A stretch of 64,000 nt of DNA, taken from contig DAIMET010000005.1 of NCBI GenBank assembly GCA_036725105.1, positions 117 through 64,116 of the forward strand, in the 5' to 3' direction. The position numbers were made by a program, and so were the translations under genes. Every line of letters begins with the position of its first letter. Position 1 is the stretch's first letter. Origin of the DNA: Calditrichota bacterium (GTDB lineage: Bacteria > Caldisericota > Caldisericia > UBA6126). Below, piece by piece: positions 10,356-19,678 of the stretch. Below the pieces are notes generated by a model. It made no database searches. It saw nothing but the letters and a program-made list of their open reading frames with translations, and was not told the origin of the DNA.

Positions 10356-11570
10356 ATGCTCTGCTATGTTCTTGACAAAAATATGATTTCTACTAACTTT
10401 GTCCTTATGGTAAAATTTACAGCGATTGACGAACACGAATTGACAGCTTTGCACAAGTTTCATTCTAACAAAATTGTCATCCACTTAAACCATCTAAAAA
10501 AGAATTTTCAGTGCATTCAAAAAACAAAATCCAAAAATACTCAGATCATAGGAATGATAAAATCCAACGCTTATGGTCATGGCATCGTACCCGTATCTTC
10601 ATTGCTTTCTAACTTGCAAATTGATTCTTTTGGTGTTTTCACAATCGAAGAAGGAATCCAACTTCGAGAACATAATATTCAAACTCCCACCCTCATCTTT
10701 GGTTCATTGCTAGAACCACATATGAAGGCTTTGCATCAATTCCATTTAACGCCTGTTATTGGTTCTTTTAAAGAATTACAGGTCTTTTTAGAAGATCCAA
10801 CCTTAGACTCTTTACCCTTTCACTTAAAAGTTGATACAGGGATGGGTAGGATTGGATTTCTTCAATCTGAGTTAACAGAAGTTTTTCGGTATATACAAGA
10901 CAAAGAAGCCAAAAATAGATTGAAGGGAATCTGCACGCATTATGCAGATGCAAGTGATCTTTCATCTGACTATACCCAGTGGCAAAGCCAGAATTTCGAA
11001 GATGTTCGGAAAGAAATTCAAGGTTTTATCCCAGAAGAACCCTTATTGCACACCTGTAATAGTGCTGCATTTCTTCGATATCCACAATACCAGTACAATG
11101 CAATTCGACCAGGACTCTTACTGTATGGTATTAGTCCTTTTCCAAAGGATCAAGCAAATTGGAATCCGGTTCTATCAGTTTTGTCCTATGTTAGTGTCAT
11201 CCGCACTCTTCCAAAAGATTCCTACATTAGTTACAACCGTACATATAAAACAAAACGACCTACAAAAATCGCTATTATCCCTATCGGGTATGCGGATGGA
11301 ATTCCTCTGTCTTTGTCCAATCGTGGTTGGGTGTTATACAAAGGAAACAAGTACCCCATTGTTGGAAATGTTTGCATGAACCAGTTTGCTATTGATATTA
11401 CATCGTGCGAAGATGCAAAAGTAGGTGATCAGGTTACAATTATCGGAAAAGAAGGGGAAGTAGAGATTACTGCACAAGATGTTGCTACTTGGGCAAATAC
11501 GATACCTTACGAGATTATGTGTAACCTGTCTACTGCGATCCCAAGATTAGTTATTCTAGAATCAGACTAA
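10356..11570 (+). CDS. alr: Alanine racemase
   Basis: PLP-lysine motif MIKSNAYGHG, plus HLKVDTGMGRIGF and PIGYADG. The start is ambiguous: in-frame ATGs at 10356, 10383 and 10407, none with a clear SD. The conserved core begins about 30 aa after 10356. Confidence 0.85.
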   Translation: MLCYVLDKNMISTNFVLMVKFTAIDEHELTALHKFHSNKIVIHLNHLKKNFQCIQKTKSKNTQIIGMIKSNAYGHGIVPVSSLLSNLQIDSFGVFTIEEGIQLREHNIQTPTLIFGSLLEPHMKALHQFHLTPVIGSFKELQVFLEDPTLDSLPFHLKVDTGMGRIGFLQSELTEVFRYIQDKEAKNRLKGICTHYADASDLSSDYTQWQSQNFEDVRKEIQGFIPEEPLLHTCNSAAFLRYPQYQYNAIRPGLLLYGISPFPKDQANWNPVLSVLSYVSVIRTLPKDSYISYNRTYKTKRPTKIAIIPIGYADGIPLSLSNRGWVLYKGNKYPIVGNVCMNQFAIDITSCEDAKVGDQVTIIGKEGEVEITAQDVATWANTIPYEIMCNLSTAIPRLVILESD

Positions 11571-13204
11571 GGATTTATCTTTAAAATAACCACCGGATAA
11601 GTCGAGGTATTCCCTCTCATATTTTTCGATTCTACCAAGAAATGATTTATTCCCTCTTTCAAAGAAACTGACACTGTAAATCGGCCATCGTTTTGAACTG
11701 GAATCTCTTTCTCAAAATGAAACATTTTATACCCGTCTGTTATCCCCGATATTTGTATTGAATCCTGCGCTGTAATAAGAGGATATGGATCCAATCGAAT
11801 ACTTGGGTACTTATCACTCAAGCGATAAGCTTCTACTCTGACGATGTGAGTTCCTACCAAAGACTGGATTTCGATGATACCAGTGTTTTTTCCATTTGCC
11901 ATAAAGAGAGGATCTAGCTGAATATAGATGTAGCTTTCTGAGGAATGAATCTCAGTTGGATTACATTGTATCCACCTTGCTTGGGAGTATACTTTCAATC
12001 GAACATCATTGCCATGAGTTTCTTCGACATACAAGTATGAAGAAGGCTCATCCAGGACAGTAACGTTGTTAAATGTAAGAAGCGATGTGGAATAATACAG
12101 ATTAATATCAGGGCTGTGGGAGGTTTTAAAGGGAAGATAAAAATCTCGATAAAGGTTTTGCTGATTAATTGATTTAAAAGAATCCTCTCCACCTTTTACT
12201 ACAAGAACATATCCTGTATCAGGTTTAAGAAGACTGCGCGGGGATATAGTCAATGACTTTAAAGTGGCATTGTAAGACCACTCAGATTCGATAATTTCTC
12301 CTTCTTGATCTAAAAAGAAAAATTGATCAGATTGAAGAGTTTTAATGATGATTCCATCGTGAAACTGTATCTCAAACTGATGATCACGAGGAATGCTTTG
12401 TTCAAAAACTTTAGGAGTTGTATCGGTAATCATATGGGAATAAAGAGAGCAAAACTGTGAGTTATAAATTTCTTTGGTTGTTAAATTCTGAAAAATACAA
12501 AGGGTACTATAAAAATTCGAATCTACAGATTCACTCATCGGTAATGAAAATTGAAGATGATAGATTTTTTTTGGTTGGAGAATCATATGGAAACCATCAA
12601 AAGATGGAAAAACACTCTCCGCAACATAATCATGGACAGAATCATCTATTGTGACACCGCTCACCATTGTCAGTCCCATAAAATCACCTTCAATTTGACG
12701 GTGTGGAGAATGTAAAAATACATCAAAAAAGATTTGTTGATCTCGAACGGTGATGTTAGAATGCATTGCTAAGTCAGGAGATTCACTTAGCTCATTTTCA
12801 ATAACCTTAGAAAATTTTTCCAACCAATCGTCTGAAACACCTGTTTGTTTAGTATCACCGTTTGCTATAACTGTGGGATACCCACTGACTCCATAAAAAT
12901 AGATTCGATCTTTTATCGTGTCCATAGAAATCTCATCTTGGCAGTGATATCGAATGTTGGTGACTTTTTTTTCACCATATGCATCGCGCAAAGCTTCAAA
13001 TAAATCATATGCTTTATAGCACCAACCACACCAGGTAGCAGTAAATATCTCAAAGGTGACATTTTTGTCGAATACAATCCAATTTGGATATTCTTCCATG
13101 GAATACTCGTGGACAATATCAGTACTTTGAGCACTGCTAGAGTAAAATCCTAGAGAACAGCAAAAAACAAAAATTAAAATTGGAATAAATATTCGTTTTT
13201 TCAT
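11567..13204 (-). CDS. Exported thioredoxin-fold protein (WCGWC) with C-terminal Ig-like modules. It is a paralogue of the 1..1301 gene.
   Basis: Signal or lipoprotein-like N-terminus MKKRIFIPILIFVFCCSLG. It has FEIFTATWCGWCYKAY, YPTVIANG and LCIFQNLTTKEIYNS, in the same order as in the 1..1301 protein. The C-terminus reads NDGRFTVSVSLKEGINHFLVESKNMRGN (Ig-like). Its stop codon overlaps the alr stop (CTAA). Confidence 0.75.
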   Translation of the reverse strand: MKKRIFIPILIFVFCCSLGFYSSSAQSTDIVHEYSMEEYPNWIVFDKNVTFEIFTATWCGWCYKAYDLFEALRDAYGEKKVTNIRYHCQDEISMDTIKDRIYFYGVSGYPTVIANGDTKQTGVSDDWLEKFSKVIENELSESPDLAMHSNITVRDQQIFFDVFLHSPHRQIEGDFMGLTMVSGVTIDDSVHDYVAESVFPSFDGFHMILQPKKIYHLQFSLPMSESVDSNFYSTLCIFQNLTTKEIYNSQFCSLYSHMITDTTPKVFEQSIPRDHQFEIQFHDGIIIKTLQSDQFFFLDQEGEIIESEWSYNATLKSLTISPRSLLKPDTGYVLVVKGGEDSFKSINQQNLYRDFYLPFKTSHSPDINLYYSTSLLTFNNVTVLDEPSSYLYVEETHGNDVRLKVYSQARWIQCNPTEIHSSESYIYIQLDPLFMANGKNTGIIEIQSLVGTHIVRVEAYRLSDKYPSIRLDPYPLITAQDSIQISGITDGYKMFHFEKEIPVQNDGRFTVSVSLKEGINHFLVESKNMRGNTSTYPVVILKINP

Positions 13205-13243
13205 AGTACTTTTTACCTTTCTATATAGTAGTATAATACACCT

Positions 13244-14872
13244 ATGGAAAAAAAATTACAATCTCAAAAAATCTTTAATGTACAGCGGTTGTTTCGGTTT
13301 TTCATTCTTTTTCTACTCCTTTTCTCTTTATTGCATAACGCTGGGTGTTCATCCGGCTCTAACAAACAAACATTTTTCTCCAATAAAGATGTTACTTCAG
13401 AATTCGTGTTTTTTGCCGATCCAAACGGATATGGAATTCGATTGTTTACACCAACCACCGGAAACGTCCAAGCATTGACAAATGGAAATGATGATTTTCC
13501 TTACTACTCCAAACAACAACACCGTTTATTCTTTATACGATCTATCGAACAATACAGTTCAGTACCCGAAAAAACAAATCTAACTTACAAGATTTGTTCT
13601 ATGCCCATAGATACAGGCAAAGTGGAAACTATGTCAAATTTAACCATTTATTCACCAAGAAAAGACAGAAAAGACCAGTTGTTTTTTGTTGAAAATGGTG
13701 AAAAAATAGTCATTTGTCCTATCCACGATAGTCCCTTTGTTGTTCGCACAGATACAGCACAGAAAATTCCAGAAGAAAACGCTCAAACCTACTACCAAAC
13801 TATCAATCAATACGACTCAGAGCATCAACGAATATTTGGATTTGCCCATACAGATCCTTACCAGCCCTATTTCCAAAAACTAGACGTAGTGGAAAGTATC
13901 CAACCACAAAAAACCTTATTCTGGTGGAAGGAAGGGAATTCTATTCAAACTATTCAATCGATCAAAGGACCTGATAGTTACGATCATTGGTTTTTTGGTT
14001 TTTCCTGGTCCTCTGCTGGCAAAACATTATTTTTTAGTCAGGACTATAATTTACATATATGGAATGGCACCCAAACGAGTATCATTACTGAAGGTGTTCA
14101 TCCATTTACCATTCAAGAGGAAATGTGCAATCAAGAAATATGTTCATTTCCCTTTTTCAAACTATATTCGTGGATTCAACTAGAAAATGAATCAGACTAT
14201 ATGTTTTCTGAAAACAATTACCTCTCCATCTACCGAGATGGGAATTTTCATATCCTCCAAAATCACGAATTTTTAGGTGGAAAAACAATCGAAAAAGATC
14301 CCTATTATCTGTTTGACCATCTTGTTTACCTGAATACATTGAAAAATCCGGAACATGTGTACATATTAGTTTCTTCAAAGAAGAATTCCCCCGTATCACC
14401 GGATTCCATTGCAAAAAGAAATGATCAGCCTGATCTCATCAAGATTTTTAACCTTCATGGTACCGAGGCTGAAGGAATGCTTGATCATACAATATTCTCC
14501 GCAAGCGGATACTGGGATCTCTCTATACAAATGGAGTATTTGGATTCTCCTGCGGGACTATATCCTGAAATTGTGCTTCAGTATTCTGCATCCAATTTTG
14601 AAGGCACCGAAAGAATGCAGGCAGCAGGAAGAGCCATCCAGTGGATTGATGTTTACACTTTTGATTCCAAAGAAAATGAATATGTACTTGCAAACCAAAA
14701 ATACCCTGATATCTTTAAGCAGCTACTTCAGCAGCTTGAATCTATCTATGAGCTTGCAGTCCAATCAAAACGATCATATAACCCTGTTATGTGCGATGAA
14801 GATATGAGAATACTTGAGAAAAAAATTAAGGAAGCTCGTAATCTTTCCCGATTCTCCGAGAGTAAGAACTAG
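13244..14872 (+). CDS. Hypothetical exported protein or lipoprotein (possible beta-propeller-like N-terminal part).
   Basis: 542-aa ORF. The N-terminus FFILFLLLFSLLHNAGCSSG is lipobox-like. I recognise no catalytic motif. There is no SD; TATAAT at 13232..13237 lies 6 nt before the ATG. Confidence 0.6.
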   Translation: MEKKLQSQKIFNVQRLFRFFILFLLLFSLLHNAGCSSGSNKQTFFSNKDVTSEFVFFADPNGYGIRLFTPTTGNVQALTNGNDDFPYYSKQQHRLFFIRSIEQYSSVPEKTNLTYKICSMPIDTGKVETMSNLTIYSPRKDRKDQLFFVENGEKIVICPIHDSPFVVRTDTAQKIPEENAQTYYQTINQYDSEHQRIFGFAHTDPYQPYFQKLDVVESIQPQKTLFWWKEGNSIQTIQSIKGPDSYDHWFFGFSWSSAGKTLFFSQDYNLHIWNGTQTSIITEGVHPFTIQEEMCNQEICSFPFFKLYSWIQLENESDYMFSENNYLSIYRDGNFHILQNHEFLGGKTIEKDPYYLFDHLVYLNTLKNPEHVYILVSSKKNSPVSPDSIAKRNDQPDLIKIFNLHGTEAEGMLDHTIFSASGYWDLSIQMEYLDSPAGLYPEIVLQYSASNFEGTERMQAAGRAIQWIDVYTFDSKENEYVLANQKYPDIFKQLLQQLESIYELAVQSKRSYNPVMCDEDMRILEKKIKEARNLSRFSESKN

Positions 14873-14875
14873 ACT

Positions 14876-16114
14876 CTAAGGCTTCATAGGCCTCATATGG
14901 TTGTGAAAAGCATTCATTCTCTTTTTCACAATTTCTTGAGCCTTTTTCAGCATCACGCTTTCTTCAGAGCATGGTGTTTCTAGAGATGAACCTTTTTGAA
15001 TAGAATTCTCGAGATTCCAAGAGGTATCTTTGTTTTCTCCAATTCCTTGCTGGTTTGGTGGAAATGCATCAATAGCCTGCTTCATCTCTTCTTCGGAAGA
15101 AAGAATGAGGTAGTCAATAATCTGATAATTACCCTCTCGATCGATGAAAGATATTATTTTAATCAAACAACCCACCGAAACATTTGTATCCATCATTAAT
15201 ACATGAGAAAAGTGATGTGGGATATGCAATACAATACGTCTGCCATCTTTAGAACCCAGTACCAATGTGTCATCACTCAGTGAAATTAAATACCCGACAA
15301 AAGAGATGGGCCGATCAGGGCGTAGTGGTTTGATCTCTAGAAAAAGCAGTTCATATCGATACTTAGAATAGTTGTACATGATTTTTGCTGCAATTGGACT
15401 ACCAATCTGGATTTTTTCAAATAAAGTTAGATCCCCAACAACAAAGATTGGATATGGAAATTGCTCAACAAAAAAACTATGATTATCAAAATCAATTTGA
15501 CGGATTCGTCCTTGCAATGCAAATCCTTCTCTTGGTATTGATCGATAGGAGGCTTGAAAGTCTCGTAAGAATTGCATGCATTGTTGGGGTGTAATTTTCG
15601 TATGACGAACTATAACTCCCCATTCCAAACGGTTTTTTCGCATACGTATCAAATCTTCTACAGGGATGTTGGCTTCTTTAGAAACCAATAGTAGAAATAC
15701 AGCGTCAAGTGGTTGTACATTGTATATATAGCGAGTTTCTAGAAATTCAACTGGGTCGATCCCATATTTTTGCTCAAGTAACGAAGAAAGCATATAGGGT
15801 GCAATAGATTGATCATGAACCATAGAATTGGATTGATTTTTGAAGTCGTGGAGACTGCGGTTGAGTTTATAACTATTGTATACATCAATCAACGATCCTT
15901 TTTCACTTCCAAATACAGGGAAAAGAGAAGTTACAGAAATAATCAAAGCAAGTGCAATGGGTACTGCAATCCGGCGACTTAACGAAAAAGTTCTTTTTTT
16001 CTTTTTTTGGGACTCGACCTTCCTTATCACGGAAAGAAATATAGTGTCATCAATTGAGTGAGTGGGTGTAATAGATTCTAAGAATTCTTGGATGACCTTT
16101 TTATCTTGATCCAT
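14876..16114 (-). CDS. Putative anti-sigma factor (single-pass membrane protein with a large extracytoplasmic domain).
   Basis: A TAATG junction couples it to the upstream ECF sigma gene. A short cytoplasmic N-terminus is followed by KKKKRTFSLSRR and the TM segment IAVPIALALIISVTSLFPVFG. There is no HxxxCxxC zinc motif. The call rests on position and topology only. Confidence 0.5.
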   Translation of the reverse strand: MDQDKKVIQEFLESITPTHSIDDTIFLSVIRKVESQKKKKRTFSLSRRIAVPIALALIISVTSLFPVFGSEKGSLIDVYNSYKLNRSLHDFKNQSNSMVHDQSIAPYMLSSLLEQKYGIDPVEFLETRYIYNVQPLDAVFLLLVSKEANIPVEDLIRMRKNRLEWGVIVRHTKITPQQCMQFLRDFQASYRSIPREGFALQGRIRQIDFDNHSFFVEQFPYPIFVVGDLTLFEKIQIGSPIAAKIMYNYSKYRYELLFLEIKPLRPDRPISFVGYLISLSDDTLVLGSKDGRRIVLHIPHHFSHVLMMDTNVSVGCLIKIISFIDREGNYQIIDYLILSSEEEMKQAIDAFPPNQQGIGENKDTSWNLENSIQKGSSLETPCSEESVMLKKAQEIVKKRMNAFHNHMRPMKP

Positions 16115-16644
16115 TAGACATCTTCCTTTGTTTCAATAATTTGCTTCAGTTTTTTTGTGGCTCGATGAATTCGAACTTTTGTATTTGTAACAGTAATTTT
16201 CAATGTTTTTGCAATTTCTTCTACGGTTAACTCCTGAAAATAGCGCATCATAATAACTTCACGATCCTTTGTGCTTAATTCTTCCATATACTGCTGAATT
16301 TGGTGAGTTTTTTCTTTGGTTTCGTGCTGTGGAGAAGGGATATTGTCAAGCACAAAGTCTTGATTTGTGTAAACTCGTCGGTTCTTTTTAATATGTGTTC
16401 TTGTTTCGTTGAGAATAATTCTAGATAACCAAGGATGAAAAGAACGTTCCATATCAAAAGATACAAAATTGGAAAACACTTTAATAAACACGTTCTCAAC
16501 GATGTCATCTGCTTCATCTTGATTTTTAAGCATGTAATAAGCAGATCGAAAAACATAGTCTTTGTAATACTTAAAAACTTCAGCCTGGGCCATTCTATCA
16601 CCATCTTTAGCAAGTTGTAGTATTTCCCTGTCGATTTCAGTCAC
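16114..16644 (-). CDS. ECF-type sigma-70 family RNA polymerase sigma factor
   Basis: 176 aa with a GTG start. Region-2-like FKYYKDYVFRSAYYMLKNQDEADDIVENVFIKVF, and region-4 HTH EEIAKTLKITVTNTKVRIHRATKKLK. Confidence 0.85.
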   Translation of the reverse strand: MTEIDREILQLAKDGDRMAQAEVFKYYKDYVFRSAYYMLKNQDEADDIVENVFIKVFSNFVSFDMERSFHPWLSRIILNETRTHIKKNRRVYTNQDFVLDNIPSPQHETKEKTHQIQQYMEELSTKDREVIMMRYFQELTVEEIAKTLKITVTNTKVRIHRATKKLKQIIETKEDV

Positions 16645-16725
16645 GTTTAACCATCTTTCTATATGTATTACAAATTAACACGAGTTTTGTTACACTACTT
16701 TTACTATTTTTTGAAAGGAAGTACA

Positions 16726-17961
16726 ATGAACCGATTCCTAGCAAACAGTATAGAGAAAATTGTATCAAAAGAAGGAAAAAAATTTCTGGATATGACCCGA
16801 GACTATGACTCATCCTTATTGCTATACCAAGAAGCTCAAAACCCTTCACTTTATGTGCACATTCCATTCTGTCAAAAACTCTGTCCGTATTGCTCTTTCA
16901 ATCGTTATCCATATCAGGAAGAATTGGCCATCCAATACTTTAAGGCTTTGGGGCAAGAAGTACACTACTACAAAAACAAAGGTTTTGATTTCCATGAAGT
17001 ATATTTTGGTGGAGGAACCCCAACAATCAACATACCATTGCTCAGAAATTTTATAGAAACTCTTCATACCCATTTTTCAATACAAGAAATTTCCATTGAA
17101 GCAAATCCAATTGATTTAACGGAAGAAACCATTCGAGAATTGCAACAAATGGGCATCAACAGATTATCTATCGGTGTACAAAGCTTTAAAAATGAACTAC
17201 TAGTCGACATGGGGCGTCGTTCACATACATCAGAAGAAGCTATTCGCGCCATTGAAAGAGTAGGTGATCGATTCAACACTGTCAACATTGACTTCATTTT
17301 TAACTTTCCTAATCAAAAGCTTGAGGACTTCTATAACGATATACAAATCATGAAAAAAGTAGGGGTAAACCAGGCTACATTTTACCCATTGATGCCTTCT
17401 CCGCACAAACAAAGTGCTTTGGAAAGAAAATTCCACACTATTGACACCAAAAGAGAATTTTCTTTTTATCAAATGCTCCAAAACGAAATGAAAAGAGAAT
17501 TTCAACCTTCAACATGTTGGTGTTTTTCAAAAGGAGACCAAAGAATTGATGAATACATTATTCACCATCCTGAATATGTAGGCTTAGGTGCAGGTTCTGT
17601 AGGATTTCTTCAAAACACTTTTTTTGTAAATACCTTTCATCCAAAGAAATACATTGAGCAGATTCAACAAAACGAAGTTTCAATTGTCATGCATAAAAAG
17701 GCTTCCAAAAAAGAAGCAGCTCGATATTTTATGCTTACACAGCTCTTTGGAATGAAATTGGATTCAAAAGAACTTACAAATCGGTATCAAAATGCTGTAC
17801 TTCCCGAACTTCTTTTGCTACAAGCCAGTTCCATCATTAAAAAAAGAGGAGATCATTATGTAACAACAACAAAAGGTATGTATTATATTGGTCTCATGAT
17901 GAAGCATTTTTTTATTGGATTAAATGGTTTACGTGAAATTTGCATCCAAAATCAGTTGTAA
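16726..17961 (+). CDS. Radical SAM protein, HemN/HemW (coproporphyrinogen III oxidase-like) family
   Basis: YVHIPFCQKLCPYCSF (CxxxCxxC) and YFGGGTPT. The track ORF starts at 16663, but the ATG at 16726 has a GAAAGGAAG SD and leaves an 81-nt divergent intergenic region. Confidence 0.8.
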   Translation: MNRFLANSIEKIVSKEGKKFLDMTRDYDSSLLLYQEAQNPSLYVHIPFCQKLCPYCSFNRYPYQEELAIQYFKALGQEVHYYKNKGFDFHEVYFGGGTPTINIPLLRNFIETLHTHFSIQEISIEANPIDLTEETIRELQQMGINRLSIGVQSFKNELLVDMGRRSHTSEEAIRAIERVGDRFNTVNIDFIFNFPNQKLEDFYNDIQIMKKVGVNQATFYPLMPSPHKQSALERKFHTIDTKREFSFYQMLQNEMKREFQPSTCWCFSKGDQRIDEYIIHHPEYVGLGAGSVGFLQNTFFVNTFHPKKYIEQIQQNEVSIVMHKKASKKEAARYFMLTQLFGMKLDSKELTNRYQNAVLPELLLLQASSIIKKRGDHYVTTTKGMYYIGLMMKHFFIGLNGLREICIQNQL

Positions 17962-18036
17962 AAGTAGCAATTCTTCATTGCTAAAACATAATGATTCAGT
18001 AGAATTAAAGAATACTTTACCGTAGGGGGTAGTTTG

Positions 18037-18651
18037 ATGAAAAAAATCATCTCTATTGTTGTTATGCTAATTATGGTTCTTGGTCTTAGTTTTTCTATGA
18101 CCAGCTGTACTGATAATTCCTCTGACAATGGTGGTCAAGTTATCAGTGACGGAGGCAGCGGAGGTGGTATTATATCTCCGGAAGAAGCCCGAGATGCTGG
18201 TGATTGGACATTACCAATCGTTGCTAATCCAAATCCTGAATTAGGAATTGAAGCAGAAGTTAAACTGCAAGAATTGATCGATAATCCTGATGTCAAACTA
18301 ATTTTGGTTGATTTTTGGGCCACTTGGTGTGAACCTTGCAAAGAAGAAATGCCCTATCTAGAAGAAATATACCAAGAATACAAAGATCAAGGTTTGGAAT
18401 GCCTGGTTATTACCATTGACTCCAGTAAGGCCCTTGAGCCACAAATCCTGAAAGATGTTGAACATTTAGGTGTTACCTACCCTATTCCTTGGGATTTGGA
18501 TTCAGCAGTTAAAAACTCATATGGAATTCAAGCCATTCCCGTTACCTATCTCATCGACAAAAATGGCAAAATTCGCTATGAGCACTCTGGATTCACATTG
18601 GCACTCATGGACCATCTATGGGAAGCAGTTGAGGAATTAATCAACGAGTAA
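18037..18651 (+). CDS. TlpA/ResA-like thiol-disulfide oxidoreductase lipoprotein
   Basis: Lipobox SFSMTSC, followed by LILVDFWATWCEPCKEEMP (thioredoxin CxxC). The ATG at 18037 is 7 nt after TAGGGGG; the track start at 18034 is TTG. Confidence 0.85.
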   Translation: MKKIISIVVMLIMVLGLSFSMTSCTDNSSDNGGQVISDGGSGGGIISPEEARDAGDWTLPIVANPNPELGIEAEVKLQELIDNPDVKLILVDFWATWCEPCKEEMPYLEEIYQEYKDQGLECLVITIDSSKALEPQILKDVEHLGVTYPIPWDLDSAVKNSYGIQAIPVTYLIDKNGKIRYEHSGFTLALMDHLWEAVEELINE

Positions 18652-19208
18652 TGAAGATTATCTCAGGAAAAAGGCGCGGGAAAACACTTGCTTCTCCCGC
18701 GCATCTTCCTTTACGACCAACATCAAATAAAGTTCGAGAAGCTCTATTCAATATACTTCGATTAGAGATTCCGGGCTGTTTTTTTTTGGATTTATTTGCA
18801 GGAACAGGGGCAATTGGGATCAATGCTCTTAGTGAAGGAGCAGAAAAAGTAGTATTTGTTGAAAAAAATGCCACTTGCGCTAGAACAATCCTAAAAAATC
18901 TAACCAACGCTGATTTTGCAAGTGACGCTTATATGTTGTTTCGCGAAACAGCAGAATATTTTCTTACCCATCGAAAAATTGATCAATTTCAGTTTATTTT
19001 TTTAGATCCTCCCTATAATTATTCTACAGATCAATACCTATTTCTTCTGCAGAAAATTGAAAAAAAAATGAATCCGCAATGTGTCATCATTCTGGAACAT
19101 ATAAAAAAAAGCGAGATTCAAGCCATTTCCAAAGCGCTTGAGTTAGATTGCGAGGAACGAACGTATGGAAGAACCAAACTGTCCATCCTTGGAAAAATGC
19201 AACAATAA
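18651..19208 (+). CDS. rsmD: 16S rRNA (guanine966-N2)-methyltransferase
   Basis: It begins MKIISGKRRGKTL and contains LRPTSNKVREALFNIL, LDLFAGTGAIG and FLDPPY. It has the conserved rsmD-coaD adjacency. Confidence 0.85.
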   Translation: MKIISGKRRGKTLASPAHLPLRPTSNKVREALFNILRLEIPGCFFLDLFAGTGAIGINALSEGAEKVVFVEKNATCARTILKNLTNADFASDAYMLFRETAEYFLTHRKIDQFQFIFLDPPYNYSTDQYLFLLQKIEKKMNPQCVIILEHIKKSEIQAISKALELDCEERTYGRTKLSILGKMQQ

Positions 19209-19677
19209 ACATGCAGTTTACCCTGGGAGTTTCGATCCCTTAACATATGGGCATATTGACATTATTCAACGTTCCCTTGGTTACTTTCAAAACCTGACTA
19301 TTCTCATTGCAGAGAATAGGAAAAAAACTCCCTTCCTGCAATTGGAAGAAAGAGAAAATCTGGTCAAAACATATTTCCATAACAATCCGCGAATTCATGT
19401 TACCACTTGGCAAGGTCTTTTGATCGATTACATGAAAGAACACCAAATCCCTGTATGCATACGTGGCCTACGAGTTCTTTCTGATTTTGAAAATGAATTT
19501 CAGATGGCCATTACAAACAAGCAACTGTTTTCGGAGTTTGAAGTGATTTTCTTTATGAGCAGCATGCAACACGCCAATTTAAGTTCTTCCATGGTGAAAG
19601 AGATGATCCATTTTCATGGAGATATTCGACTGTTTGTACCCGACATTGTTGCTCAGTACCTAGAAAAAAGGAGATAA
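19165..19677 (+). CDS. coaD: Phosphopantetheine adenylyltransferase
   Basis: AVYPGSFDPLTYGHIDII (the T/HxGH nucleotidyltransferase motif). The start is either the ATG at 19165 (44-nt overlap with rsmD) or the in-frame TTG at 19189. Confidence 0.9.
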   Translation: MEEPNCPSLEKCNNKHAVYPGSFDPLTYGHIDIIQRSLGYFQNLTILIAENRKKTPFLQLEERENLVKTYFHNNPRIHVTTWQGLLIDYMKEHQIPVCIRGLRVLSDFENEFQMAITNKQLFSEFEVIFFMSSMQHANLSSSMVKEMIHFHGDIRLFVPDIVAQYLEKRR

Positions 19678-19678
19678 A

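Noticed and set aside
11083-11091. A DnaA-box-like 9-mer (ATATCCACA) inside alr, considered as an origin signal.
   Set aside because: It is a single imperfect copy within coding sequence. There is no cluster, no dnaA or dnaN nearby, and no AT-rich unwinding region.
16109-16120. A 12-nt identity, AGATGTCTAATG (minus-strand reading), shared between the sigma/anti-sigma junction (16109..16120) and the unknown-304aa/greA junction (32133..32144). I considered whether it is a repeated element.
   Set aside because: Both are gene ends encoding ...DV-stop, with an embedded AAGGA(A/G) SD and a TAATG overlap. It is short, and convergent selection for coupling signals explains it. No extended flanking similarity exists.
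16663-16725. N-terminally extended track starts at 16663, 25628, 35532, 42583, 51300, 52210, 53486, 54367, 57223 and 61107.
   Set aside because: In each case an internal start with a proper SD gives the canonical family N-terminus. It also removes an implausible overlap with the neighbouring gene.
17962-18036. A small hairpin AGCAAT-TCTTC-ATTGCT after the HemW-like gene, considered as a terminator. A similar 5-bp GTAAC/GTTAC hairpin lies at 49914..49932.
   Set aside because: The stems are only 5-6 bp and AT-rich, with no following U-tract. That is too weak to call.
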